From Paraspadella gotoi (lineage: Eukaryota; Animalia; Chaetognatha), in the NCBI GenBank assembly GCA_051294375.1, contig CM119267.1, forward strand, positions 16,904,606-16,968,605: a stretch of DNA of 64,000 nucleotides, written 5' to 3'. Every line of letters starts with the position of its first letter. Positions within the stretch are counted from its first letter, which is position 1. Positions 1 to 13,900 of this stretch are shown piece after piece. The notes under the pieces were generated by a model that made no database searches, was not told where the DNA came from, and saw only the letters and a program-made list of their open reading frames with translations. Made by a program: the position numbers and the translations under genes.

Positions 1-3000
1 TCGGTAGGCGCTTGAATGATGGGCCAGATGGTGGGATTGACCTTCGTCCGAACGGCGACTCCGTCAGAACGGACTTCGAGAATCGAAGACTCGCGGAGAG
101 CGTCCACGATGATCCCGACGTCTTGAGTCATTGACTGAGAAAGAAAAGAGTTTTGTTTATTACCTTTTATCGCAAAACTCATTATTGATTATCGATTTTT
201 ATAAAATTTTATTTCCCGGTTCTTTTTAATGATAATAATAAAAGTTATTTATTTAGATTGTATTTATTAATATTTCGCCTTATACTTTATAAACATTCTA
301 CCTCATCAATAAAAATTCTGCTTAATGTTTCAAACAAAAGCAGGAAAACTATACATAGGAGATTATGGATGTTCATTTTTATGATTAAAACGAAAGTTCA
401 AGACCGAACCCAACTATGTAAATTGTAAAAGGTAAACGAATGATCGACTGTTCTTTTGTGCATAATCACTGCCACTGCCACTAGGTTGCTCAGGCGAATT
501 TCGGCTAGGCGATGAAACAATGTCATCGAATGAGTGTCGATGACGCATCCATCGGTTGCGAAATATTAGGGCAACTCGTTTTTCTGTGCAGCCTGGCAAA
601 CGCTTACCCATCAATCGAAATTACACGAAACTAGTATAAAGGAAAAACTCACCTGAACTCGAGGGAATCCGGCGAGAAATGAGATGGAAATAAAGCCCCC
701 GGCGTCCATAGAACGGCGAAGAAAGGTGTCTTTCACCAGATTTTCCGCCGAGAAATAATACTCGATTTGCTTCCGCACCATGTCCTTGATTTGCTCTGAA
801 TATAATTAGGACAAAATAAATTAAGGGTATACTCCGCATTTATTGATTCAATTTTTTTTTTTTTAATTTGCCTTCGGGTAGTTTCACGTAAATGTAGGGA
901 TAAAAGGTCGTGGCGCCGGGTTCGTTGGCGCCAACAGGGTCGACGGCCGGGGCGCCCGACGGTACGACCGACGACGCCGTCGAGGGCGTAGAAGGCACGA
1001 CGGCGACGACTGAGGTGGACGGCGCCACGGGAGCGACTGTCGGTGCCGGCTCGACATTCATCGGCGCCTTAATAGGAAGCGGTGTCGGTGCCTCCAAAGG
1101 AACGCCAGCCGAGGATGAGACTGAATAGAGAAAGTTGGGTGGCATGGAGAGGAAGAATAGGAGGGGAAAACGTGGGGGAGGGGGGAAATAGATTAATGGA
1201 TAGAACATTTGTATCGTAATCAACTACATAATCCGCGAAAGTTTAACTACCGACACTACCGAATCGGGTAATAAATAGCCAAAACATGTGACCAACCGCG
1301 AAAAGATTAATATTTAGCCGATTCTAAGTCTGAAACCGATTTTGTCGTCGAATTAAGCCTGCATAACTCAACTGTTGCCGTCGGCGTCTTCTGGCGAAGG
1401 AGAGACAGCACCATCAAAATCAAATCCCTTTAAACCGAGCCTCTCAGACGTTACTCCTCCGGGTAAGAACTTGACAGGGGCAGCCCTTTCAGGGATTACA
1501 TTCTTGATAGTGAGATTCTCAAAACGAACATCCTTGGAGGTGGTTTTTATAGGGTGAAAGCCCTCGGAAGTATCCCGATTAGGACTAGCTCGGTGAGAAA
1601 AAAACCTCTGAGCGGCACTCCTTTGATTAGTAATTTCCGAATTATTATGCTTCTCCGAAGAAACCGTCTCAACATTATGTACTTTCTCAGATAATATTTT
1701 CTTGGATACAACTAATTTCTCGGAGCCAACGCTTTCTTGAGAAACTCTTCTTGGAACCACCCGCTTTGGAACCACACCGGTAGAGGGGACACATTGAAAA
1801 GTCGCTCTTTCGGACGGAACAGAGACGGAAGAAAAGGCAGAGGTGACGACAGAAGTTGACACAGCTGAAGTCGCGACGGATCTAATCCTCGCCATAGATT
1901 CGCGCCGTTGAAAGTTTTGCAAAAATCGTAGAACAGACTCGAGGCGGTTGTAGTGAGAACACAGCATCACTTGATAATACTTTGGGCAGTCGGGGTCTAG
2001 AGGCGAAGACGGAAGGGAACTCGGCAAAGGAAAGAATGAGGCCAAGGAGTCTGGTCCAAGCAGTCGCGGTCCCTCTGGGTCACCAAGAGGGGGAAGCGAA
2101 ATGTCCTCGCCTTTCTCTTTTTCAACAACCGGATTCGGAAGAAAAAACGGATGAGGAAGAGGCGACGAATATGGCCAGAAATGAGAAAAACCGCGATTGA
2201 AAGAGTCTCTCCGTGGTGGGAGGTAGAAATCGTACATGTCTGGTGACGGATATTCGTATTGAAAATGGGAGGGGGAAAAACGCGTGGCGATGGCCAAAAA
2301 TGAGCACGTTTTGAGAAAAAAAAAGAAACTGTATAATGGTCCGGTCACGTGTCTTTGCTATAGCGAATCTGGTATGTGGCCTTACCGTGTGGACCTCTAT
2401 CGCCACGGTCCATGATTGGCGGACGATGATAGCCGGGGCGGCCTCTGACGCCGCGACCACGGCCGCGAGGATCGCCCCGTCCAGACGGAAACATGGGACG
2501 CATTCGAGCGCCAACGCGGTATCTGTCAAGGGGGATGATGACGCTGCGTCAACGGAAAAATGTTACGATATACGGCGAGCGAGGAAAGGGGGAAAAAATT
2601 ATGAGGTAGGTTGGAATAAGCGGTTCTGACTCACCCGTCGTGGCTGTTGTAAAATCTGGGGCTTTTGCCCCCGGGTCCGTAGTAAGGCCTGGGGTAGTAT
2701 TCGTATTCGTGATAATATCCATCGTGGTCGGCATTATAATGTGTGCCGCGCGCTTCGACTCCACCTCTGCCATCCGGGCCACTGGGGCGACTCGGAGGAC
2801 GGCGCTGCTGTGACTGAACGACAGAAACGGGGCGGGGAAAAACGAATGTTGTAAAGGATCGAATACGAAAAGCGATTCTCCTGAGCGACACCTACCTGAT
2901 GCTGACTAGAAGGCGCTTCTTGGTCGTTGCCCGCCTCGGCGGCGCCGCTAGATGCCGGCTGAGGTTCCACGACTCCGACATTTCGACTTTGTGACCCGTA

Positions 3001-6000
3001 GGGGTAACCTCGGTTTTCGTACCCACTAAATTTACAAATAGAAATTTTTAAAAAAAATAAAAATTTTAAACTAAATTTTCATTGTTACCTGTTATCGTCC
3101 CTCCTCATGTCGTAACGCCCTCTCCCAGAGCCTCTTCCCCGCCCGCGCCCACGACTGTCCGTTTTCGCGGGCCCGGGGCGGTCGCGCTGTTCGGGGCGAG
3201 AGCTCGTTGACGAAGGGGGTGATGCCGTTGTCGCAGCGGCTGCCACCGATGCCGTGGCAGAAGTGCCGCTGGCAGAGGATGCCGCGGCGGCGCCCTTTTC
3301 GGCGCCAGCATCCTGCGACGAAGCGGCCTCCGAGTCGGACGAGAATGCCGTTGAGGATTTAGCAGGTTGAGAGCGTCGATTGGGAGGCATAGGGGAGGAA
3401 ACTGACGAGAAAAGACATTCATAATGGAATATATAATTTCAAAACAATGACGAAATCCCAATACGAACCTTCTTCTTCACCTTCGACGGGACGCTGACTC
3501 CGATCGCCGCCGCTTCTTCCGCCTAAAAAAAGATAAAAATACATAAAATAATTCCTGAGAAATAATTCAATTAGCGTATAAGAGATTAAACATACCTCTT
3601 CCCCCTCGTCCGCCGCGCGTAGACCGCGTCTGCTCCTTGTGACTCGGAAGTTCAATCTCCAAAGGTTTCCATTTTCCCTTTTTCTTTTTGTCTTTTTTGG
3701 CCTTGGATGCGTCCATGGTAGCACCTTGGGAAGAACCCCCATCGGGACTCTCTTCTTTGGCATGGCCTGATACGGAGAAAAGGAAATTATAAAATGCGAC
3801 TATAACGAGCTGTATGTTTATTTTCGCTTTTTAAAATGGAAATCTGAAAGAGGCGACAGCCAAAGTTCGATCCGAGAACGGACCTTCCACCGAGTCGTCG
3901 GGGCTTCCACTCCTGGTTTCTCGGTCCCCGAGATCCTCGTCGGAGGCCGAGTCTGGATCATCCGCGGTCGCCGCCGGTTTCACAACAGTGACTAAAACAC
4001 GAAAACAAACATCATTACTCAAAGCAGAAAACAAATCACCCCCATAAGGCTTTTTTTTTCCCCGAGACTCATTTATCCTCTATTATAATAGAAGACAAAA
4101 GATTGATTTTGAGAATAGAAATTACAATAAGTATAATAAGATACGTAGCGACGTTTGAAATTTCATTTAAAAAAATATGGTTAGAGAAATGAGGTAGTCT
4201 CCGTTTCATAGTAATTAGTAGGTTATGCGAGCAATCATGTACCTTCATTCTCCAGCGCTTTTTGGATCACAGTTTCAGTTTGGATTGATTTAGCCTTAGT
4301 CTCTTCCGCCTCTCCGACGCCTCCCTTAGTTCCTCCCGAAGCGACCGGCTTAGTCGCGACTTGTGGGGTAACGGACGGCGCCGTCGGGACTGCGACGGGG
4401 CCGGCGGAAGGGGCGTGTCCGACGACGACGTTCCATTCCGAACGCGGTTTCTTCGTCGCCGCGTTCGAAACCACGGACGAGGACGATCCGTTTCCCGTCG
4501 GGTTTTTCGGCTGCGGAGGAAATTAAAGCAATTAAACAGTTTTATAATTTTATGAGCGATAGAGCATAGGGTTCCTTCTCTCTTTTTCACTCTCTCTTAC
4601 CTCCCGTTGTCCGCCCTGAGGACCGAGCGAGGGCCACGAAGAACCCAGGACGGCATCCTCGGCGGCGTCCGAGTCATGACGCGCTTTAGCCGCCGTTGCA
4701 GCCACAGAGGACGACGAGGACGAAGGAGTCGACGCCACGGTGACTACGAAAATTAAGAGAACCAATGTCGGTGCAAGAATTTTTTTTTTTTTTTTTTTTA
4801 AGATATAAACATTTTTCGGAGCCGATCAATATCTAATAATCTGATCAGGATTTTGAAGGATCATTTAGTCTGGACTAATTTGCGTATTCTGCATTTTTCT
4901 TTTTTTTTTTTGGGAGGGATCGTGACGTAAGAGTTAATGAGTTTGTAGGAATAAACAAATTAACATTTTTCCTTTAGTTATTGCGGCTTTTTTCTAACTA
5001 ATTGCGTCGCAACTTCTGATGATTCAGGGTCGAGATGACACACGACGCCATCGCAAAGGCGCTGACAGATTTTTTAGAAAGTGCAATGCTGGACTTTCAT
5101 TTAGTCAAGCTTAAACGCGATATGATACATACATTTATAAAGAAATAAACTATCGAATACAAGAGAAAAACCACCAACACGAGTTATTTTTCCTCGTGTT
5201 TTATTTTAATTCAAACAAGGACAAATGTTTTACGTTTTAAAGTCATTTAAATCCTAAGGAATAAGGATTATGATATTTTTTGGTAAACTTCTCACCTTTT
5301 GAGGTGTCTGGTACGACGGAAGCTGAAGATGTCGAAGCGGAAGGAGTCACAGCCGAGATTGATGATGTTGATGACGAAGTGGGGTGATTGGCGACTTTGG
5401 AAGCAGCCTCTGCCTTGGCGGTCTGCGCGGAGGTGGACTGTTGGTGAGAGGGAGTTAAGGCTTCCGTATTAGTCGGGGGCGGCGGCGGCGGCGGGGGAGG
5501 CGGGAGCGGCGAGGACGTCGACGTCGACGAACACAACTCGTTTCCCGGGCTTCCACCGCCGAAAGGTTTCGAAGCGCTGGAATTCTCTGAAAACCAAAGA
5601 AAAGTTTTCATTTAAAATTGTATAAGCGACTGGAACATTTAAACAGAATAAGTATATAATTTCAATTATGAAATTAGTACATTGCTAAATTGGTATATCA
5701 CTATAACTCTTACATTATAAAGAACCCGAACAACCAATGGAGTTTTAGATCCTCAACGTTCATATTTTTTAATATCGATTTTTCATTTATAAATTTTCAT
5801 TAAACTTTTATGGGAGTAATTCAGTTTTATAATAAAAGAAATGAAACAAAACTGACAAAAAATTTTATTTATGATAAATATTTGCATTATTAATTTAAAT
5901 ATATTCAATTTAATGACTAATTACGTTAAATAAGTACAAATATGCATGAATGTAGTCTTAATTCTGCGGACATAAAAGGAAAGACAGCCCCAACTTTTTA

Positions 6001-7713
6001 GAACTTGGATTGAAGGTTGTTAAACATTTTGATCGAATAGCGCAAATAGGATCCTAAAATAATGGACTTTGATTTGGAACAAAAATCTCGCACTGAATAA
6101 GAGAAGCATATGGCAGGTTCTCAACCACCACAGAAATTTTTACGCCACTTTGTTCGGAAAATAAGGGAAGCGCAGATATCAATAGAGAATTCGAGAGAGA
6201 TTCGATCAGTGGAAAAAAAAATTTTCTTCAATTTTTAGTCGCATGTTGGAAATAAAATCGCAGTCAATTAGTAGAAGCGGTAGAATTCAGGAGACGAAAT
6301 TTACTTCTTTTCTAATTTACACAAACAAGAATTACAATTAATTTCATTTCTTAACTATTTGCTTTAAAAAATCGCATTCATTCATTCATAATAAAATATT
6401 ATAAAAATATAAATAAAACATTTTTAAACTTTTTTAAACCTTCGTGTATTAGTACAATTTTTTTCCCTTTTTCTGAAAATGAAATATTTATATAAAAATA
6501 TGCTATAAAATGTTATAAGAAAAAATAATTTTATAAATATCAGATTATTAGTTAAAAGTTAAATAAAAAATGTTGATAAAAATTTTAATTTTTTTAGGCA
6601 AAAATGAAAAAAAACATCGATCTTTACTTTTTTCTCCCTTTTCTTAAAACCTTTATATATATATAAATTTTTCGTCGTTTTTAAAAACGTAACCGTCAAA
6701 ATATGATAATATTTTATCAATATATATTCATAAATAAAGTCATTAAATCTACCTTTCAAAACTATCAAATCAATTGACTAAATCATAAAAATATAAAAAC
6801 TTGAATGTTAAAAATTATTCACATGTTTCGAGTAGTGGATTGCCATTTAAGCAGCTTCGAAACTTAGAAATCAATATCCCTCCCCGTCTGTCGATGCAGC
6901 GAAATGCAAAAAATATTTGTGCCTCTCTTTCTCTCTCTCTCTCTTTCTCTCTTCTTTGCCGCTGGTGCGTGTTCGCTTCTCGGAGACTTGACACCGACTA
7001 CTGTGGAAGGAGACAGGCGTGAACCGTCCATCGAGGCAGCCAGTAAGAAAAGCCAGTGGGGGGAAAAAATTATCTGGACAAATTTGCCAATGGCCAAAAG
7101 GGCAGAAAAGGAGCGATGAGTAATCATTCAAACGCGAAATATAACCGAGTAAGAAAACTTCCGCGACTGGAACGAGACGGAATCAACTATTGCTTCATGT
7201 ACTATCTTCCGAGAAATCTTAACAGAAACAAAAATAATTATATTTTTTTCAAATAAGATAAAACCGGTTATCCGACCAGGATAAAATCAGTCGGCGACGT
7301 AGATTCGAATACTCAACGGAAAAAAAAATCGGATGCGTTGATGTAACTGAGCGAGAAAGGATTAAAACAGCTCGAATATTGAACATAGAGGGCGTCGCCG
7401 GGTATGAAATCGTCGAAGAACAGAGGCAGCAGTGTTTTGATTAAGCTCCACGTGGCCTCGCTAAGACAGGAGTATTTCTCTTCTTCCTCCTCCTCTTTTG
7501 CAGCTCCTCCTCCTTTTTTCTGCATGGCGACAGAATCGAGTAAAGTTGAAGGGAAAAAATGGGAGAAAATCAGCCGAAAATACACGAGGAAAATCCTATG
7601 TACGTGGATATCTTTTAGTTTTCTTTTTTTTTTTTAACCAACGATCGGGAGGGATAGAAAGACCGAGCGAGTGAGAGAGCAAGAGAATAAGAAGGAGAGA
7701 GAGAAGGATAGAG

Positions 7714-7772
<59 letters not shown>

Positions 7773-7877
7773 GCGATTTGACCGGGTCGCTATAGACAAG
7801 TGAGCGAAAGATAGTAGGAAAATATGAAGATCGAGAGATTCGAGAGGTTGTTCGGAGCGAGCGAGAGCTAAAGAGAG

Positions 7878-7927
<50 letters not shown>

Positions 7928-7930
7928 AAT

Positions 7931-7965
<35 letters not shown>

Positions 7966-10900
7966 CTTAGAATACGAAAGTTAAATACATAATGAATAAT
8001 GAATTATTCTGTCGCATTGATTCCCACTGCGCATTTAAGTAAAGGTGGAGAAACTACCAAGAGGTTTGAAAAGCAACGTCACTTTCTGACAGATTGGCAA
8101 CTGCAAACGATGTAGTGTGCGGAACTAGCAGACTGTAACCGACAAGAGAAGAGGCAAGGGCCACGATCCAATGTGTGGTAAGGACACATGCGGGTAAGGC
8201 TCAAATCTGTCAACTTCAAAAATTAATCTTTTTTACAATTCACAAAAGGAATAATTATCAATTTTTGGGGAATTTTAGACAAAAATCAATAAAAAGAATT
8301 TTTTTTATTTTCACCGCGATTACTCGAGCAACTTTAAGTCACTTTTCGGTCGATCGGTCAGTCAGTCTGTAAACGTTTTAAACGATCACAAATTAAGTAA
8401 CAGCTTTAATTTAGTAAAGTAATGTAACGTGGATCAATCTACGAGCTTTGCAGGTAACCAAAACATTTATTTAATAAATAAACTAGGCTTTTTGTTGAGC
8501 AGGGATAAGCTTAAAGGAATACGGGCTTTAGCCCCTCAATAGCCACACTCGGCGTTAAAATTTTTAATCGAGGCATATGCTGCACGATTCAAACGATATG
8601 ACATAGTTCACCCATTGAGTTATTAGTTAAGCGTTATTAGCATAGAATATTTTTTTATACTCGATTAAATTTTTATTAACAATAACTAGGCAATAGTAGG
8701 TTATTTTTAGTTTTTTTAAAACATGTAATGCATATATGTGTATTAATATCAGTGATGTTACGACGGTTAATCTAAACTAAGCGTTTTAACCGATTAACGG
8801 TTAACTGTTAATCATCAATAAAAATTATTTTTAATTGATAGATTAATTTAACAAGATTAACGGTTAAAATTTACCTACAGTCCTGTGTAAAAAAACGAGC
8901 CACTTTATAACTTTAAATTCCAGACACTATATAAAAATATTTTTAAAAATTATATAAAAAAAATTCTTCTGCTATAGTATATACTATAAAAAATTAATAT
9001 GACTAAATTTTATTATAATCGGTCAAGTGGTTTTTAAACTTGAGTCTTCCAAAACGACTCGGGAAAATCGACTTTTCTACACGAATTTTGTTTAACTAAA
9101 AAAACTATAAAATGAAAAAGGCTGTCATTGTGGTTGTAAAAAAGCTTTTGACGTTCAGATTGCTCAGATGTCTATATCTGTAAAATGAACCAAAATTTTA
9201 AAACATTTAATTTTTTTTCATAAAATAAAAATAACAAATGGTCCTATTCAAATGTAAAAAAAATTATTTTTTTAAAATTCGATCATGCCATTGATGATCA
9301 CATAATTAAGAAAGTAGGCAGGCTGGACTACTGAGAATTGAAAAATAAAAAACAAACGATTTTTTTATCAGGGTAAAAAATCTGAAATCACCATATCACA
9401 TAATTTAGCCATAATATTTGATCATTTCATTTCACTCCCATTTAAAATCTGTGTAAAAGCTTCAGAATCTTGAACCCGTCTTTCAGCGTACGTTTTAATT
9501 ACCTTAAAATTATTATTTAGGGATCTGGTGCAATCCAGTTATCCAGCTATCCCTCTGGATATCCAGTATAATTTTTTTTTATTTTAAGTCTACTGTAATT
9601 GTAATTATACCAAACTTATCATTTTTCAATATCACTTTTAAATTTTTTTAAAAAATTCAAATTTATAGGACGAATTTTAAAGTCTGAAATAAAGTGGCGC
9701 GGTTTTTTTTTTCACAGGACGCGATTTCAGTTTTTGTTGCCTAAAAATATTTTAATATGAAAGCTTTTCTTCCTGAACGATATCACCTATTTGTTAAAGT
9801 GACAAAAGGATTCACAGTTATTTACAGTTACAAATCATTTTTGCAACAAGGGCTATAACTGCGGATAATAAATATTCATATCAAAAAATTATTAGAACAT
9901 ACATAATTAGTACAGATAAAACCATATTGATGGCAAATCAATTGTAGAGGTTGGGTTGAACTTTGGTTATACTGCGATTTAAAGTGGGCATGCCAAAAAA
10001 ATTTATAAAATTTATACCATATGCAACAGGCATCACCGGAAAAAACAAGTTTGAACAAACAATGTCGGATCGGCCCACGATCATTAGCGGTAATTAATGA
10101 ATTGCCTAATTAATTAATTCGATCCAAATTTTTTGTTTTTAGATCTTTTCGTCACTGATCAGTGATTAAATAATTAAATGATAAATAAATTGATTGATTG
10201 AATAATATATCGATTTATTTATCGACTGATAAATTATTTATTAATATAATTTGATTAATTATTTAATTAATACTTCTTGCATTTACATTTAATATAAAAA
10301 GAAAAAGAAGCATAATCAATCATTTAAACTAATTTCCACTCAAACGATTCCAAAGAAACTAATTTTCCAGCCTTTTTTATCTAAAAAACTTTTTTTGCAT
10401 TACTCGCTTTAGGATTTAATTATCGGTTGAAGCAGGAAGGAATTTTTTTTGTGCCAATAGTTATTGCGCAAATTAATGATCAGATTTTTTGGTTTTTCTA
10501 GGAAGATACTTTTTCAAAATGATTATAAATACTTTAGGTTTTCTCATACTTTCTTGTTTTGTAGAGTTTTTCTTGGATAAATTAGTTTTTAATTAAATTT
10601 ATGTTAGAATAAAGTAAAAAAAAAATACAGATATTTGACAAATTAACCGATTTTAACGGTTAACAGTTGAAAATTTTGCATTTTTCACCGATGATTAAAA
10701 TTTTGAAAATTAATTGTTTTTTATCCCCAATTTTAACCAGTTAACCCATGTTAACCAATGTTAATTTTTTAATCGTATATTTAACTATAAATTAAAATGT
10801 TAATTTAATATAACTAAAAAACTTAATATTTTATTAAGACTTGCAATAAAGTCGAAATATGTCCCGTTAATAATAATAAAATCGTTGTTGAAACTAATTC

Positions 10901-13900
10901 AAACTGGGTCTATACCAGTTTAAATAAAAGGCAGAAAAAGTTTAATACAAAATATATAAAAACCAAAATATACCTATATAAAGGTCAATTAGTTACATGT
11001 TAGGTTTAAGTTGGCTTACAACTTCCCGCTGACTATTAAGCGTGAAAAATTGATTAATGCTTAAAGACCATTTATATTAAAATTTTTATTGTTATTTAGC
11101 TTTTTTATTATCAGAAGAGTTGTTAAATAACAATTAAAACAACAATTTTCTAATTAATAAATATTTAAGTTTATTACTTTTACTGCAATAAAAATAAAAA
11201 AATAAGTTAAGGTAATTTCTCAATATATTTATATATATTACAAACATACAATACAATATTTTTATAAACATTGTGTAATTCTTTCGTTTCGTTGCTTTAG
11301 GAATTTGCAGGAATAAGTTTGATTTGTCAAATCTGTCAACGCTGAAGAAGGCTTGTATTCAAAGCCGAAACATGTCCGTTTCTAAACTGAAATAAAACAA
11401 ATCAAACTTATTCCTGCAAATATTTTTATAGAATTTAAGTATATACTGGATTTTGATAATATTGTTGGTTAAAATGAATATTAAGATTATTTTAAATAAA
11501 AAATCCCTTTGTTTCGTTGTGACATGTTGTGACACGTTTAGGTTTATTAATTCAAACCTTCATCAGCGGATTTTGAATTAATAAACCGAAATATGTCTGA
11601 TTAAATAAATTAAAAATTGTTCAAAGAAAACAAAAACTTTTACTTTGTATACTAAATAAAAACAGACAAAATTTTACTTTCGCCGACCGGGGTTTTGGTG
11701 TCTTTTAAAAAACTATTTAAATATAATTTTTTTTACAAAATTATAAAAATTATTACCCAATTATCCTAACCCTAAATCCTCTTAACCCTAATCACCCCTA
11801 ACCTTAAACCACCCTTAAACTACCTTTAACCCTAACCCTTAATACCTAACCCGGTCGGCAAAAATAAAATTAACCCTAAAAACCTATAATATTAGCCATA
11901 GCCGATAAAATTTAAATGCTAATGTATACAGCGTTAAAATAATCTATCATGAGCATAGAGTATAGTATTAAAATATTTTTTGTCAAAAATGATTTTTTTT
12001 GAGGGTACTAGCCTAGTTAAAATTATTATATTATATTACTATATAAAAAAAAATTTTTTGAATTGTTTAAATTTTTTAATGGATTCTGATAGAGCATAAA
12101 AAGTTAAAAAATATAATTACAGCTTTTAAAAAATATTACATTTTCTCAATAAAAATCTTAAAAAAAACGATAAAATCATCAAAAGATGATAATGATTTTT
12201 TATGGTTTTTCTTATTTTTGACCTACTAATCATAAAAATATTTAAAAAAGAATTATACTTATACAAAAATAAAATTAACCCTAAAAACCTATAATATTAG
12301 CCATAGCCGATAAAATTTAAATGCTAATGTATACAGCGTTAAAATAATCTATCATGAGCATAGAGTATAGTATTAAAATATTTTTTGTCAAAAATGATTT
12401 TTTTTGAGGGTACTAGCCTAGCTAAAATTATTATATTATATTACTATATAAAAAAATTTTTTTTTGAATTGTTTAAATTTTTTAATGGATTCTGATAGAG
12501 CATAAAAAGTTAAACAAAAAATATAATTACAGCTTTTAAAAAATATTACATTTTCTCAATAAAAATCTAAAAAAAAAGATAAAATCATCAAAAGATGATA
12601 ATGATCTGGTTTTATAATTTTAAAATTTTAATCTTTTTACATTAACTTATTTTTTATTATTATTTATTAATAAATATAGACTGAAAATACCAAAGAGTCA
12701 CCCTTCTTACGCCAAATGAGCACAGTAATTTGAGTTTTTTGCTAAGGTGGGACGGACGGACAGACAGACGTACGGACGTTTTTTATATAATATACAAGCG
12801 CAAATATAATATTATATATATATTTTATAAATGATTTCGAGAATTATACTTTACAGCAAATTTATCATTTAAACAAAATTATAGAGTAAAAAAACGTGTT
12901 TTGGTTGTAACAATGGCAAAGTTTATAAGAAATAAATGGACATCTTTTGACTAAGTTGATAGTCTTCTTCAGCTCAAAATAGATTTTGAAAAGAAAGTCC
13001 GGGTTAATTTTACTTTCGCCGATCGGGGTTAGGGGGGGGTTTATGGTTAAGGGTGGTTTAGGGTTAGGGGTGGTTGGGGTTAAGAGGTTAGCGTAATTGG
13101 GTAATAATTTTTAGGTGGTTTTTTAAGTGGTTTTTCAAAATACGTCAAAACTACTGTCGGCGAAAGCAAAATTTTGACGAAAGTCCTTTACACAACAAAT
13201 TTATATAAAATGTACCAATTTCTTAACGAAATCAATTCTTTACGTTTCCATTACTTTAACACGATTTTATTTTATTTTAAACACAAAATTAAATAATACT
13301 GTCTTTTTAATAATAATTTTTGACCATTTTAGGCCTTCATGGATGCCCCCCCTGGAAGCCCATATCTCTGCTTAGGGGTCCATTACTGAAACTCGCTTGA
13401 GGATTACATGTACAAAAATTCAACATATTTGGACCAGTAGTAATAGCGGAAATGAATCTCGGCTCGAAAAAACGGCGTATCATTTTCTAATATGAAGCCT
13501 TCTCTTTTATGTACATAAAAATTACTTACCCTTATTGGGAAAAGCTTGAGCCTTTGACTTGTCTTCGCTTTTGGTCACTGTTCGCAGCGTGGACGCGGCG
13601 ACAACCGAGGCGACAGTGGGTTGAGAGCTCCCACCAGAGTTTGAAGTTTGTGGCGCCGTAGTGACGGTGGCATTAATACTGCCGTTGCAACCGTTACTGG
13701 GGGTGATACTATTAGCACTCTGAAAAGGTTTCACGTGCACGGCTTTGACGGCCTGCTGCGCTTGAGAACTGGAGGAAGACGACGACCCTTTAACCTTCGT
13801 CGACGCTAGCGGCGGATATTGCTGCTGCTTCTGATGTTGCTGCTGAGAAACGGAGTTTACGCTGGGTTGAGCAACGTCGGAAGCGGCGGTGTTGGGTGGC

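Noticed and set aside
11750-11880. True telomere or chromosome end
   Set aside because: Repeats are degenerate and enclosed by TIRs and a TSD.
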